Position numbers and translations under genes: made by a program
Source of the DNA: Patescibacteria group bacterium
Lineage (GTDB): Bacteria; Patescibacteriota; Patescibacteriia; JAHIZJ01
Direction of reading: 5' to 3'
Assembly: GCA_041650335.1 (NCBI GenBank)
Contig: JBAZLK010000002.1
Span: 124,070 to 188,069 of the forward strand
DNA: 64,000 bases
Shown: piece by piece, positions 29,244-39,639 of the stretch
Layout of the letters: each line of letters starts with the position of its first letter
How positions within the stretch are numbered: the first letter of the stretch is position 1
Notes under the pieces: model-generated
Seen by the model: only the letters and a program-made list of their open reading frames with translations
What the model was told of the DNA's origin: nothing
Databases searched by the model: none

Positions 29244-30269
29244 TCAGAGACGTTCTTTATAAATCTTTCGGTAGCGTTCAAATAGTTCGGCTCGCCGGAG
29301 TAATCCTTTTTGCGGTCCGATCGTGCCAACAACAGAGCTGCTGTTTATCATTGCGAGCCGCAGTGCGCGACGCAGATCGTTTTTACATAAACGCAGCCCA
29401 GCGGTCAGGGTTGAGCCAAAGGCGTCGCCTGCGCCGGTAGTGTCCACGTCGTGCGTGCCAACCGCTTTTTCAAAATATCGTTTCTCACCGTCAAACGCCG
29501 TACTGCCGCGCTCGCCAGCCGTGACCACGGCAATTTTCGGTCCCCATGACCGCAAAATTTTAGCTAAGACTAGCGGGTTTTTTAAGCCAGCCGTCCGGCC
29601 TTGGGCGCGGAGGATTAATTCGGTCGCCTCGTCGACATTGACGATAAATACCTCGGTCAATTTCAGCAAACGGGCCAAACCCTTCCGGCCGGCGGCAAGC
29701 TGCTTCTGGCCGGGATTCCATACGAGTTTCACCTGCTTTCGCTGGGACAGAAAAGCTACCAGATTCGATACGCTCTGCGACCACGATGGTGCAGTCAATG
29801 ATGCCAGATACAGCCACCGCGCCGGCGCTCGAAGTAATTCTGCCTGAGCCATTCTCATCCGATCATTCGCGCCCCGATACAGAAAGGCGGCGTGCTCCTT
29901 GGTCTTGTTCTGAATGGCCATAAATGAAAAACCTGTCGCCACGGTCGCATCTTGTTCGATAAATTTCGTCTCAATCCCCTCGCGCCGCAAGGAGGCGATA
30001 ATTCCAGCGCCGTCATGATCTCGACCGACCCTGACAAATGCGCCGGTCCGCAAGCCCAGACGACGGAACGTTATCGCTGAATTGCACCCGCCGCCGCCAT
30101 ACACGAAATAAATTGCGGTCGGTAAAATCTTGGCCCCGTATTCGAAGCCAATCAATTTTTGACGCAGCAGGTCTTTCGGATTTGGCACCACGCAGCCTTC
30201 GGCCGTATAAAACATGATATCGCGAGTGGCTCCGCCGATGGTGATAACATCGAAACGTCTTCGAAACAT
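29244..30269 (-). CDS. PfkB-family carbohydrate kinase
   Basis: GGGGCNSA, DTTGAGDAFGS. Confidence 0.9.
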   Translation of the reverse strand: MFRRRFDVITIGGATRDIMFYTAEGCVVPNPKDLLRQKLIGFEYGAKILPTAIYFVYGGGGCNSAITFRRLGLRTGAFVRVGRDHDGAGIIASLRREGIETKFIEQDATVATGFSFMAIQNKTKEHAAFLYRGANDRMRMAQAELLRAPARWLYLASLTAPSWSQSVSNLVAFLSQRKQVKLVWNPGQKQLAAGRKGLARLLKLTEVFIVNVDEATELILRAQGRTAGLKNPLVLAKILRSWGPKIAVVTAGERGSTAFDGEKRYFEKAVGTHDVDTTGAGDAFGSTLTAGLRLCKNDLRRALRLAMINSSSVVGTIGPQKGLLRRAELFERYRKIYKERL

Positions 30270-30279
30270 AGGCTTTTTG

Positions 30280-31854
30280 TTAGGTGTCTAAAAATCCTTT
30301 TGGAAAACGGGCCAGTACTTTTCCCGTCATTTCTTTTGGCGGCTTTATCTTATAGAGATTCAAGATTGTTGGAGCAATGTCCCCGGCGACGCCGTTCTTT
30401 CGTAGGTGCAGCCCTGTATATTGGTTGGAGATGATATAAAACGGCACCGGATTTGACGTGTGGTTCGTGTGCACCTCGCCTGATTTCAGATCGATCTTTT
30501 GTTCGGCATTCCCATGATCGCTGGTGATGAAAACGACCCCTTTCTTTTCTAAAACCGCTTCGACAACCTGGCCGATACATTCATCAACCACTTCGACCGC
30601 CCGAATCGTCGCCGCCAGGTTGCCGGTATGACCAACCATATCCGGATTGGCATAGTTCATCACGTAAAAATCGTACACATCCATTTGGACATTATTAACC
30701 ACCACCTGGGTAACTTGATACGCACTCATTTCCGGCTTTTGATCATACGATTTGACGTCCGGCGAAGGGATCAGCACCCGCTGTTCACCCGCGACCGGCT
30801 CGGCGTAGCCGCCGTTGAAAAAATAAGTCACGTGAGCGTATTTCTCGGATTCAGCGATATAGAGCTGGCGAAAATGCCGCAGGGCCATCGGCAACGTCCC
30901 CTTGAGATCGACGCTCGGAAACGCCGTCAACACGCCCGGCAAGTCCGGTCCGAAATCGGTCATGGCAATAAAACGTAAGCCGGAAATCGCTTTGCACCGT
31001 TTAAAACCAGGGAAATCGCTTTGCACGAAAGCCTTGGTCAATTGTCGCGTCCGATCAGACCGGAGATTAAAAAAGATGATCGAGTCATTATTGTTGACCG
31101 TCCCGATTGGTTTACCCTTTTCGTAAAAAACAGTCGGGCGGATGAACTCGTCGCTCTCGCCGCGGTTATAGGAAGAGATGACGGCCTTGATCGGGTCCGT
31201 CTGCTCCAGCCCCTGTCCGCAGACAATCGCGTTAAACGCCTTTTCCGTGCGCGACCAGACCTTTTTCCGATCCATCGCATAAAAACGTCCCTGGAGAGAG
31301 GCTATTTTTACCTCGGGATATCGCTTCAATGCCACCAAGAGATCGCGCAGATAGCCGACTGAGGCGTACTGAGGAGAATCCCGGCCGTCGGTAAAGAGGT
31401 GCAGGCACACATTCTTCAGGCCTTCGCCATGAGCTAACGAGAGCAGGGCCAACAAATGATCCGGATCGCTGTGCGCGCTTTGTTCGGCCGTCAGCAAGCC
31501 CATAAGGTGAAGGGTTGAGTGGTTCCGCTTCACGTGTCCAATGGCTTCATGAAAAGCGGGGTTCTTAAAAAACGTACCCTCATTGATGGATTTTGAGATA
31601 ATTACCGAGTCCTGATCGACAATCCGCCCGGCGCCGATATTCATGTGGCCGGCCTCGGAGTTGCCGTCTTGTCCGATCGGAAGACCGACCAGGCTGCTCG
31701 CCGCTTTCAGCAGGGTATGCGGGTATTTTGCGTCGAGCTGATCAAAAACGGGTGTCTTGGCCAGTCGGATGGCGTTACCCGAATTCGGCGGCGCCACGCC
31801 CCAGCCGTCAATGACGATCAGAACAACTGGTTTGATTGTTTTTTTAGCTGCCAT
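30280..31854 (-). CDS. gpmI: 2,3-BPG-independent phosphoglycerate mutase
   Basis: DGWG, GNSEAGH, DGRD, AESEKYAHVT, NPDMVGHTG, SDHGNAE. Confidence 0.97.
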   Translation of the reverse strand: MAAKKTIKPVVLIVIDGWGVAPPNSGNAIRLAKTPVFDQLDAKYPHTLLKAASSLVGLPIGQDGNSEAGHMNIGAGRIVDQDSVIISKSINEGTFFKNPAFHEAIGHVKRNHSTLHLMGLLTAEQSAHSDPDHLLALLSLAHGEGLKNVCLHLFTDGRDSPQYASVGYLRDLLVALKRYPEVKIASLQGRFYAMDRKKVWSRTEKAFNAIVCGQGLEQTDPIKAVISSYNRGESDEFIRPTVFYEKGKPIGTVNNNDSIIFFNLRSDRTRQLTKAFVQSDFPGFKRCKAISGLRFIAMTDFGPDLPGVLTAFPSVDLKGTLPMALRHFRQLYIAESEKYAHVTYFFNGGYAEPVAGEQRVLIPSPDVKSYDQKPEMSAYQVTQVVVNNVQMDVYDFYVMNYANPDMVGHTGNLAATIRAVEVVDECIGQVVEAVLEKKGVVFITSDHGNAEQKIDLKSGEVHTNHTSNPVPFYIISNQYTGLHLRKNGVAGDIAPTILNLYKIKPPKEMTGKVLARFPKGFLDT

Positions 31855-31865
31855 GCAAGTATTGC

Positions 31866-33140
31866 TTATTTCTGCCGTTCGACTTCGTCCTCGATTTCCA
31901 TCAATCGATTATATTTCACCACCCGTTCGCCGCGCGAGACTGAGCCGGCTTTCAAATAATCGGCGTTCAGACCGACGGCCAGATCAACAATCGTCGTGTC
32001 GGTTGTTTCGCCCGAGCGATGCGAGCAAATGATTTTATAGCCGTTCTGCTTGGCTGTCTCCATGGTTTCAATCGTTTCACTGATCGTGCCAACCTGATTC
32101 GGCTTGATCAGAATACCCGTTCCAACCTGGCGCTGGATGGCTTCCTTTAATATTTTCAGATTAGTGCAAAACATATCATCGCCAATAATCGTCATTTTTC
32201 CGCTCAATGCTTTGGTCAGTCGCTGCCAGCCGCTCCAGTCGTCCTCGCGCAAACCGTCTTCGAGCAACGTGATCGGGTAGGTATCCGCCCAGCGGCTATA
32301 GAGATCGATCAGCTTGTCGGTATCAAACGCGGCGTCCTCGACTTCAATAAAATAGGTATCGCGTTCTTTGTCGTAAAACGAGTTCGCGCCCGCGTCAATG
32401 CCGAGGAAGACGTCTTTGCCGGGCTTATACTTGCTGGCTTTAATTGCCTGGATAATCCATTCAAGCGCGTCAATGCTTGAATTAATGTCCGGCGCGTAGC
32501 CGCCTTCATTGCCCGTGTCCGTATCGAGCCCTTCAGCTTGCAGCACGTCCTTCAGCTTATGAAAAACTTCCGCGCCCATTCGGATACGTTCGCGGGCCGT
32601 CGAGGCGGAATACGGGATGATCCAAAATTCCTGGAAATCAAGGTTTGTGTCAGCGTGCTTGCCGCCGTTGAAAATATTCATCACCGGCGTCGGCATGGAA
32701 TACTCTTTTGAGCTGGCCAGCGAGGATAATTGCCGCAGATATTGATACAAGGGCAGATGGAGCGCTTTTGTGGCCGCCCGGAGCACGCTCAACGAAACCG
32801 CCAGCGTCGTATTGGCGCCGAGCTTTGATTTATTCTCCGTTCCATCCAGCGCGATCAGCTTTTTATCGACGGCTTTCTGATCGGCGGCGTCGAAACCCTT
32901 CAGCTCTTTCGTGATGAGGGTGTTTATGAACTGACAGGGCTTCAACACCCCCTGCCCGCCATACCGTTTCATATCACCGTCGCGCAATTCGAGCGCTTCT
33001 TTCGACCCTTTCGAAGCGCCGGCCGGGACTGAGGCGCGTCCACGCACGCCGCCGGCTAACGTCGTCCGCACCTCGATCGTCGGATTCCCGCGCGAATCAA
33101 GAATTTCCCGGGCATTCAGGTGTTCAATTTTTGTGGACAT
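31866..33140 (-). CDS. eno: Enolase
   Basis: AREILDSRGNPTIE, EALELRDG, LIKPNQVGT, SHRSGET, GERVVKYNRL. Confidence 0.97.
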   Translation of the reverse strand: MSTKIEHLNAREILDSRGNPTIEVRTTLAGGVRGRASVPAGASKGSKEALELRDGDMKRYGGQGVLKPCQFINTLITKELKGFDAADQKAVDKKLIALDGTENKSKLGANTTLAVSLSVLRAATKALHLPLYQYLRQLSSLASSKEYSMPTPVMNIFNGGKHADTNLDFQEFWIIPYSASTARERIRMGAEVFHKLKDVLQAEGLDTDTGNEGGYAPDINSSIDALEWIIQAIKASKYKPGKDVFLGIDAGANSFYDKERDTYFIEVEDAAFDTDKLIDLYSRWADTYPITLLEDGLREDDWSGWQRLTKALSGKMTIIGDDMFCTNLKILKEAIQRQVGTGILIKPNQVGTISETIETMETAKQNGYKIICSHRSGETTDTTIVDLAVGLNADYLKAGSVSRGERVVKYNRLMEIEDEVERQK

Positions 33141-33161
33141 AACTCGTCTCCGCTTATGAAT

Positions 33162-34346
33162 TTATCGTTTATTCAGATAGCGCAAGCCCGGCAGGGCGAC
33201 GCCAGAAAGAAAATCAAGCATTGCGCCGCCGCCCGTCGAAACAAAATCAATCTTTTTTTCAACACCCGACATTTCCAGGGCTGCTTCCGTATCTCCCCCG
33301 CCGACCACGCTGCGGCCTTTTATCCGGGCAATTGCCCGGGCCACGGCAAAGGTCCCGCGGGCGAAAGGCGCTAGCTCGAAATAGCCCATCGGCCCGCTCC
33401 AAAGTACTGTTTTCGCCCGTTTTATTATTTCACCATATAGCTTCACCGTATCCGGACCGATATCGAGCAGATACTCGTTTGGTTTAACGTTACCGACGGC
33501 CCGGACGGCGGTGGCGGCATCCTTGCTTATCCGGGTAGCAGTCACGACGTCGACCGGTATTTTTATTTTTACATCAGTCAGTTTCAGGCTCCGGGCGACC
33601 CGGGCAGCTGCCCCGCTCACCCGCGATCGGCCGACGGCGATGCCTTTTATCTGGAGTATCGTGTTGGCGGCCACGCCGCCCAATAAGACAAAATCTGCTT
33701 TTGTTAATAATCGAGTTAACAGCGCCACCTTATCCTCTATTTTTGCGCCGCCGATTACCGCCACAAACGGACGTTTCGGCTGCCGCATCAGTCGGCTGAG
33801 CGTATCGATCTCGCTCATTACCGTAAAACCAGAGACCGTCGGCAGATATCGCTGCGGACCGACGATGGAGGCGACGTCGCGGTGCGCCTGCGCAAATGCA
33901 TCAAAAACTTGGATTTCTCCGAGCGCCGCCAGTTCTTTCATGAAGCCGGCGTCTTTCGCTTCTTCCTCGGCATGAAAACGCACATTTTCAAGTAAAATCA
34001 CCTCGCCTGGTTTTTGGACTGCCAGCGCCTTCGTCACGGTTGGACCAATGCAATCGTCGAGCTTTTTTACCCGCTGGCCTAACAGCCGGCTGAGGCTTCG
34101 GGCTACTGGGTCCAATTTGTACTTTGCCACCTGCTTACCATCCGGCCGGCCGCACCAGGTCAGGATAACGATTCGGCAGCGCTGGCGGATAAGATATCGC
34201 AGGGTCGGGATGGTTGCCACAAGACGCGTATCATCGCGGACAACATATCCTTTTTTCGCCTTTTCCAGCGGAACATCATAGGCCGTCCGGTACAACACAC
34301 GCTTTCCCCGCAGGTTGACCATCCGAAGGGTTTTCGCATTTTTCAT
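33162..34346 (-). CDS. pgk: Phosphoglycerate kinase
   Basis: LLENVRF, DAFAQAHR, GGAK, DIGP, GPMGYFE, GGGDT, VSTGGGA. Confidence 0.96.
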   Translation of the reverse strand: MKNAKTLRMVNLRGKRVLYRTAYDVPLEKAKKGYVVRDDTRLVATIPTLRYLIRQRCRIVILTWCGRPDGKQVAKYKLDPVARSLSRLLGQRVKKLDDCIGPTVTKALAVQKPGEVILLENVRFHAEEEAKDAGFMKELAALGEIQVFDAFAQAHRDVASIVGPQRYLPTVSGFTVMSEIDTLSRLMRQPKRPFVAVIGGAKIEDKVALLTRLLTKADFVLLGGVAANTILQIKGIAVGRSRVSGAAARVARSLKLTDVKIKIPVDVVTATRISKDAATAVRAVGNVKPNEYLLDIGPDTVKLYGEIIKRAKTVLWSGPMGYFELAPFARGTFAVARAIARIKGRSVVGGGDTEAALEMSGVEKKIDFVSTGGGAMLDFLSGVALPGLRYLNKR

Positions 34347-34423
34347 GGTATGAATTATACCATAATATTGAAAAAAATAAAAATGCCCGAAAGCCGGCAT
34401 ATTTCTGTGTTTGTCGGGAAGTA

Positions 34424-35326
34424 TTAGAGGTGATCGCCCGCAAACTGCAGCACGCGTTTCTTATATTCTTCCCGTTGGCCCATGAACAACGATTCGTAAT
34501 TTCCGGACACGGTCCAGAGTTCCGTCCCTTTCGAGATTACGTTTTGGTGGATATCCCGTGCACTCTGCGCTGATCCTTCATCGTTGTTCTCGGCGGCCAT
34601 GAGCAATATCGGCGCGGTGGTATTCCGGACGCTGTCCGCCGGCACAAATTTGCTCGGATTTGTCTGGGCTAGAAATCGAAACCATTGGCCAGTCATCCAG
34701 GCGAGCGGCTTTCTCAGGAATGAATATTGCTCATACATCGTATCCAATCTGGTAGAAAAACGATCAGTCGCGCTGTCAGCAATAACCATCCGGATGTCGG
34801 CTGTTTCAGCCGCCGCGAGTATGGCGGCGTTTGCGCCAATGTCATACCCAAAAACTCCAATCCGCGTCCGATCGACGTCTGATCGGGTTTTCAGATATTC
34901 GAGTGCACCGAGAACATCCTTCGATTCCTTATAACCGAATGTCACCGGCTTCACCCCGCTACTCCCATGTCCCCGAAAATCGAACAGGAACAAGTTATAT
35001 GTATCATGCAGGTAATGACACCAATCCAAGGCCTCGGCCCTGGTCAGGCCGTATCCGTGGAGAACGATAACCGTCGCCGGATTTTTATTTTCTTCCTTTT
35101 TCTTCGCCGGTATAAACCACCCCTTCAACGCCACGTTGTCGGTACTGTTAAAGTTTACGTTCTCATAGGAAAACTTCAGTGTTTCCGGGGTTCGCTCGCT
35201 CACCTCGGTTTTCGGGTAGGCGTTCGTCCGGAAGGTATAATACGTAATAATCAAACTCGATACCACGACGATCAGTATGATATCTCGGATGATTTTTCGC
35301 GTTACAATGTAGGAGGTATATAACAT
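34424..35326 (-). CDS. Membrane-anchored alpha/beta hydrolase-fold protein with degenerate catalytic residues
   Basis: LKGWFIP, VLHGY and FDFRGHG motifs present, but the nucleophile elbow reads GYDIG. Confidence 0.8.
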   Translation of the reverse strand: MLYTSYIVTRKIIRDIILIVVVSSLIITYYTFRTNAYPKTEVSERTPETLKFSYENVNFNSTDNVALKGWFIPAKKKEENKNPATVIVLHGYGLTRAEALDWCHYLHDTYNLFLFDFRGHGSSGVKPVTFGYKESKDVLGALEYLKTRSDVDRTRIGVFGYDIGANAAILAAAETADIRMVIADSATDRFSTRLDTMYEQYSFLRKPLAWMTGQWFRFLAQTNPSKFVPADSVRNTTAPILLMAAENNDEGSAQSARDIHQNVISKGTELWTVSGNYESLFMGQREEYKKRVLQFAGDHL

Positions 35327-35518
35327 GATAGGTCTATTATACCATTTTTAAAAAATAAAAAAAGCGACAATAACAATCTTGTACCGATAATGCGCCGTGC
35401 TTTCAGACTATTTTCAGCCAGAAACAGTTTTAGATTTATAATTTATCCCGCCGTAAATCTATTTAGCTGTTAACCGTGCCGTTTCTGTGTCATTTACCCA
35501 GTTTAATATGTGCCTATG

Positions 35519-36256
35519 TTACATTATCGGGGTGACTGAATTCACTAAAGCATACATTAAGTCAATTTCATCTATGAGACTTTTTGCTGATTTTGGCGGC
35601 TCACCAGAAAGGCTATTAGTGTACGTCTGGAAATCTTGTCTTGAAATTCTAGTGTTTGATGAAAGTGACATAACCAGCGTTTTATCTGGGTCAGCGTTTT
35701 TTCTAAGAAAATATATCTTTGCAATAATTCCAATATCACTGTTCTCCGAAAGATAATCAGGAATATATTTATACGCTGTAAATCCGTTAAATTTGGTATT
35801 TACATCATTGATACTTTTACATTGAGCAAAATCGACCAAGCTTGTAAGATTGTTGCAAGATATATTCTTTAAATCACTAATAGCTGATAGTTCATTCAGC
35901 GTCGGAAATGATGTTTCAAAGGCACAACCGTTATTTAATCGATAGCTCAGCCAGAAAAAATTATTTTGAAGCGTATCGTGCGATAGATAGCCACACGTGA
36001 GATCGGAATCCCAGTCTGTTTTGTTATATTTGGTGAGATCCTGATCAGTGATGTTAAAAAGCGCCTTTGGCAACTTCAAGCTGACGCGAGCGTACGGTAG
36101 ATGAACCTCTTGACCATCGGTCGCAGGCTTGATCGTGACTAAATCGGGCAAGGTGCTTTTCTCGCTTTTTATGCCCTTAGCCAGCCAGAAGAAGCCGGCG
36201 GTAGCCAGTAAGAATAAACCGACCATCAATGAAATGAATAAGCCATTGCTTTTCAT
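35519..36256 (-). CDS. N-terminally anchored partner protein (PsbP/DcrB-like?)
   Basis: MKSNGLFISLMVGLFLLATAGFFWL anchor then ARVSLKLP; the longer track ORF overlaps the M23 gene, so the start was moved. Confidence 0.7.
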   Translation of the reverse strand: MKSNGLFISLMVGLFLLATAGFFWLAKGIKSEKSTLPDLVTIKPATDGQEVHLPYARVSLKLPKALFNITDQDLTKYNKTDWDSDLTCGYLSHDTLQNNFFWLSYRLNNGCAFETSFPTLNELSAISDLKNISCNNLTSLVDFAQCKSINDVNTKFNGFTAYKYIPDYLSENSDIGIIAKIYFLRKNADPDKTLVMSLSSNTRISRQDFQTYTNSLSGEPPKSAKSLIDEIDLMYALVNSVTPIM

Positions 36257-36359
36257 GGGAGGGGGATTTAAAAAATGATTATTTCTAACCATATTATGGC
36301 ACGAAGAAAAAGGCCGGGGAAGGCAGTTAAAGATAATGCCTTCCCCGCGGACCCGAATC

Positions 36360-37016
36360 TTAGCAGAAAAAGAAGACAATACAGGCGTAATATTCAGAAT
36401 CACAGAGTGTTGGTATGACAGGATCTCCGTTGGCGTCGAAGTGATCGATGTTTTCGTACCCGACAAGATGAAGATGCGGACCCGAGGAGGTATTCCCAAT
36501 TCTGCCGAGGTACTGCCTGGCCGTGACATACTGTCCCTTCTGGACCGCCGTGGACTGGAGGTGCGCATAACGCAGGGCAACGTGCCGAGCAGGATCATAG
36601 ATCACTACCTGGAGTCCTTGGCCATAACCAGAACCAACTTTCACGACTGTTCCGTTGAACCCGGCGTATACCTTACGGCCAACTCCATGCTCATCCAAAG
36701 TTGTTCCGTCAATCCGGCTGATGTCGCGGGCATAGTAATCAGCCCCTTGATGCGAATTCATCGTTTGCCCGCAGGCATCGATGGTACCGCCTCCGGTCCT
36801 AATACCGCTCATTCCGCGCCAATCATCCGGATCCTCCCCTGGCCCAATCGGCGAAGCGATGCCCATATAGGCACCACGAACCATGGGCATTCCGCTCGAA
36901 AGATCGTCGCTGATCTCTTCGGGCGACGGGTTTGACACTGCCCCCTCCTTCGCGCATCCGACGAGAAACGACAGGGGGAGGGCGAGGATAAGGCAGAAAA
37001 AACTGAACCTCTTCAT
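36360..37016 (-). CDS. M23 metallopeptidase lipoprotein
   Basis: Lipobox LVGC, SHQGADYYARD, YAHLQ...V..GQ.V...Q.LG.IGNT..GPHLH; SD GGAGG. Confidence 0.9.
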   Translation of the reverse strand: MKRFSFFCLILALPLSFLVGCAKEGAVSNPSPEEISDDLSSGMPMVRGAYMGIASPIGPGEDPDDWRGMSGIRTGGGTIDACGQTMNSHQGADYYARDISRIDGTTLDEHGVGRKVYAGFNGTVVKVGSGYGQGLQVVIYDPARHVALRYAHLQSTAVQKGQYVTARQYLGRIGNTSSGPHLHLVGYENIDHFDANGDPVIPTLCDSEYYACIVFFFC

Positions 37017-37121
37017 TAGTTTGCCTCCATTTCAGAAATGCGGCCTCACTCCACTACAACAAGTAACGTGATTCTTCCAGCTCAGGTCTAGCTACCTCCT
37101 TTTTCTAGACCAGGGAAACGG

Positions 37122-37235
37122 GTTGTCGAAAGAACGGGCAATCATTACGGTCTCATACCCCTTTCAGATATGAAAAACCGGCCAATGCCCGTCGCGTTGG
37201 TTCTTGGTAAATAAATAAACGAGCCGTGAAAGCCC
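37122..37235 (-). repeat. Conserved structured leader, copy A
   Basis: Near-identical to 38651-38753 and 40464-40580. Confidence 0.92.
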
Positions 37236-37342
37236 ACCTCTCTTCACTTACAAAGTGCAAAATCAGTAAGACGCTGCTTATCCACCGATGGTCATTTTGA
37301 AGCTATCGCTGTGCTTGCATATTAATCTGTTTGCTCTTCGAA

Positions 37343-37945
37343 TTATTCGTTCACACTAATACTTTCAAGGATCGTGCTATACGTATCACGTACGTTTTCT
37401 AAGTCATCAGCGGTAAAAGTTGAGATTGATCCTGTTGGAGTCGATGGAGCGGTTTGTTCAATGTAGAAATTATACTTATCTCCTTGGTTGTCTTGAAATA
37501 TCGTGCTAATATACACACCAACACCGCTCAGCTTTTCAATACGATAACCTGGTAGTGAATGGAAGGTGATATTTTTAAGCGATGAACGATAGTCATCAGA
37601 TATTATCTGCTCCATATACGATTCTAGACTGGTGGCGTCTCGCGGTATGTTCTTGGTAAGATCATATTCCAGATCTCCAATGGCTGGATGCGTCATGATA
37701 GTAATTTGCCAGCTGGAACCACTAACTGTTTGTGGAACCATATCTGACCCTGTTGGAATACGTAATGTAACATTGTAATCTGTCAAAGTCTTCGTCTCGA
37801 AATCTGCGATGGTATAGTTATTTCTATTATTATTAATAATCGTAGCATTGTCATTTTGATTATTACGACCGTCGAGATAAAGCCACGCACCTACTGTGAT
37901 TGCAGCCATTATTACGACTGACCATAATACAACCTGTTTTTTCAT
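37343..37945 (-). CDS. N-terminally anchored PsbP/DcrB-like partner protein
   Basis: TM anchor, Asn-rich linker, YNVTLRIP, C-terminal TILESI. Confidence 0.75.
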   Translation of the reverse strand: MKKQVVLWSVVIMAAITVGAWLYLDGRNNQNDNATIINNNRNNYTIADFETKTLTDYNVTLRIPTGSDMVPQTVSGSSWQITIMTHPAIGDLEYDLTKNIPRDATSLESYMEQIISDDYRSSLKNITFHSLPGYRIEKLSGVGVYISTIFQDNQGDKYNFYIEQTAPSTPTGSISTFTADDLENVRDTYSTILESISVNE

Positions 37946-38004
37946 TGTTTTTATAATAATAGTAATTTGTTAGAATAAGGGGAAGTTGGATTCCTCCCCC
38001 TAGT

Positions 38005-38625
38005 TTACCACACATTGTACTGTGAGAGGATATGACCCCACATCGGCAGAACGTGACGAGTAATCCTGTTGGATTCGATGAAATTTGAGTCGATCACATC
38101 CAGTCTTGTCGGATGTCCGACCCCATCCCTTTCCATAACCTGGAAAACGATGGCGGTATGAGGGATTCGTCCACCGGCATTTGATCGTTGAATGACCTGT
38201 CCGGGCCTCACCACGTTGATGCTTCGTGTCGCATAGGCATACCCGCTGGGCAGCGTGACTATCCCACCCGTCGCCCGTGAAACGATGGTGCTCCCAAACG
38301 ACTTACACTGCCCCCCGATGCCGACGCCAAGCCCACGATAATTCCAATCCCCCGCGAACCAGCAACCATCGTTACAGATAATCTCGTCCGAGGCACCCCA
38401 GTCGTTGTTGTTGTAGTGATCTCTCGAGAGAGCGTAGCAGATCTCACGATAGACTGCATACTCCCACTGCTCCGGAAGCTGTGATTGTGGTATTGGGAAA
38501 ATGCCGTTGGGCGGCCATTCCTCCTGTGACTCAGGTGATAACACACCTCCCCTCTTTCCGCAGCCAAGCAATAACCCTCCAGCAATTACCGGCAAGACCT
38601 TCAGAAAATCCCTGCGTGTGTTCAT
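38005..38625 (-). CDS. Tat-signal lipoprotein with a CHAP-like amidase domain
   Basis: MNTRRDFLK twin-arginine signal, LLGC lipobox, GGQCK (Cys), PHTAIV (His), VIDSNF; SD AAGGAGAGGAGG. Confidence 0.8.
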   Translation of the reverse strand: MNTRRDFLKVLPVIAGGLLLGCGKRGGVLSPESQEEWPPNGIFPIPQSQLPEQWEYAVYREICYALSRDHYNNNDWGASDEIICNDGCWFAGDWNYRGLGVGIGGQCKSFGSTIVSRATGGIVTLPSGYAYATRSINVVRPGQVIQRSNAGGRIPHTAIVFQVMERDGVGHPTRLDVIDSNFIESNRITRHVLPMWGHILSQYNVW

Positions 38626-38650
38626 CCTCCTCTCCTTTTCTATTGGTAGT

Positions 38651-38753
38651 GTTGTCGAAAGAACGGGCAATCATTACGGTCTCATACCCCTTTCAGATAT
38701 GAAAAACCGGCCAATGCCCGTCGCGTTGGATCTCTTGGTAAAAAAATAAACGA
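38651..38753 (-). repeat. Conserved structured leader, copy B (first hairpin missing)
   Basis: Core matches copies A and C. Confidence 0.92.
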
Positions 38754-38915
38754 ACTGACTTCAGTATAATTTATGGCTCTCGATTATCGACTGATACTAA
38801 TATATGGTTTCTATTGCAGTAATTGCCGTAGAAACCGCGGTCCGATCGCCTTGCTAGCTACCCCATCCGATTGGCCCAGTCTTTTTAGCGGACACACAAC
38901 CACTTCTTCGCTATA

Positions 38916-39557
38916 TTACTTAAGGCTCACCGATTCAGCAATCGTCATCAGCGTTTCTTCAGAAACGTCGTTTGAGATTAGTACCAGTATTTCGTTCGAG
39001 GTAATAAAATACAGGTATTGCCCAACCGCACCGCCAACCCCATTTCCCTGGTGGGTGAGTACAATTGTGTTTAGGCCGACGACGCGCGTTTCGTTTCTGA
39101 CAATAGTTTCACCAGGCATGTTCCGCTCAATCCACGGCGCCAGCCGACCCCATTGGTCAGATGAAATATTTTCATCGTTGGTATAAACTGCCAGGTGCAT
39201 GACGTCGTCCGCAAAGGTATTGAATCCATCGGGCGTATTACGGTTATGCCCCTCACTGGTGTTTTTATTTGTTCGAGAAAAACGAACCAATAAACTCTCT
39301 GTTTTAATTGGCGGCACGACCTGATAAGAAAACTCACTCGGCACGACAAGCGAAAAACCATAGCGAGCACTAATATACGCAGTCGTCTGTCCGGCGCTGT
39401 TTAACGGCCTAAATGCCGGATCGGCTTGCGTTTGACTGAGGCTAATTTGATCGGATGGTTCTGTTTTTGCCCGGCTGACCGCGAAAAGCCAGGCGCCAAG
39501 CACCACTGATAAAACCAGAATGACGGCAAAGGAAATGATGGTTGTTGGTTGTTTCAT
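38916..39557 (-). CDS. N-terminally anchored PsbP/DcrB-like partner protein
   Basis: TM anchor, YISARYGFSLVVP, C-terminal IAESVSLK. Confidence 0.78.
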   Translation of the reverse strand: MKQPTTIISFAVILVLSVVLGAWLFAVSRAKTEPSDQISLSQTQADPAFRPLNSAGQTTAYISARYGFSLVVPSEFSYQVVPPIKTESLLVRFSRTNKNTSEGHNRNTPDGFNTFADDVMHLAVYTNDENISSDQWGRLAPWIERNMPGETIVRNETRVVGLNTIVLTHQGNGVGGAVGQYLYFITSNEILVLISNDVSEETLMTIAESVSLK

Positions 39558-39639
39558 GGGTTGTATGCTTAATTATAGTTTATTTTATATCGTATCGTCA
39601 GAAAAGGGAAGTCGTTTTCACGGCTTCCAGGTAATCTCA

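Noticed and set aside
36257-36598. N-terminal extension of track ORF 35519..36598
   Set aside because: It overlaps the M23 gene in another frame and crosses a terminator-like hairpin; the TM anchor begins near 36256.
37122-37235. Leader as a c-di-AMP (ydaO), c-di-GMP or T-box riboswitch
   Set aside because: The gene context fits ydaO, but I could not find the conserved signature segments of these families by eye. An Rfam search is still needed.
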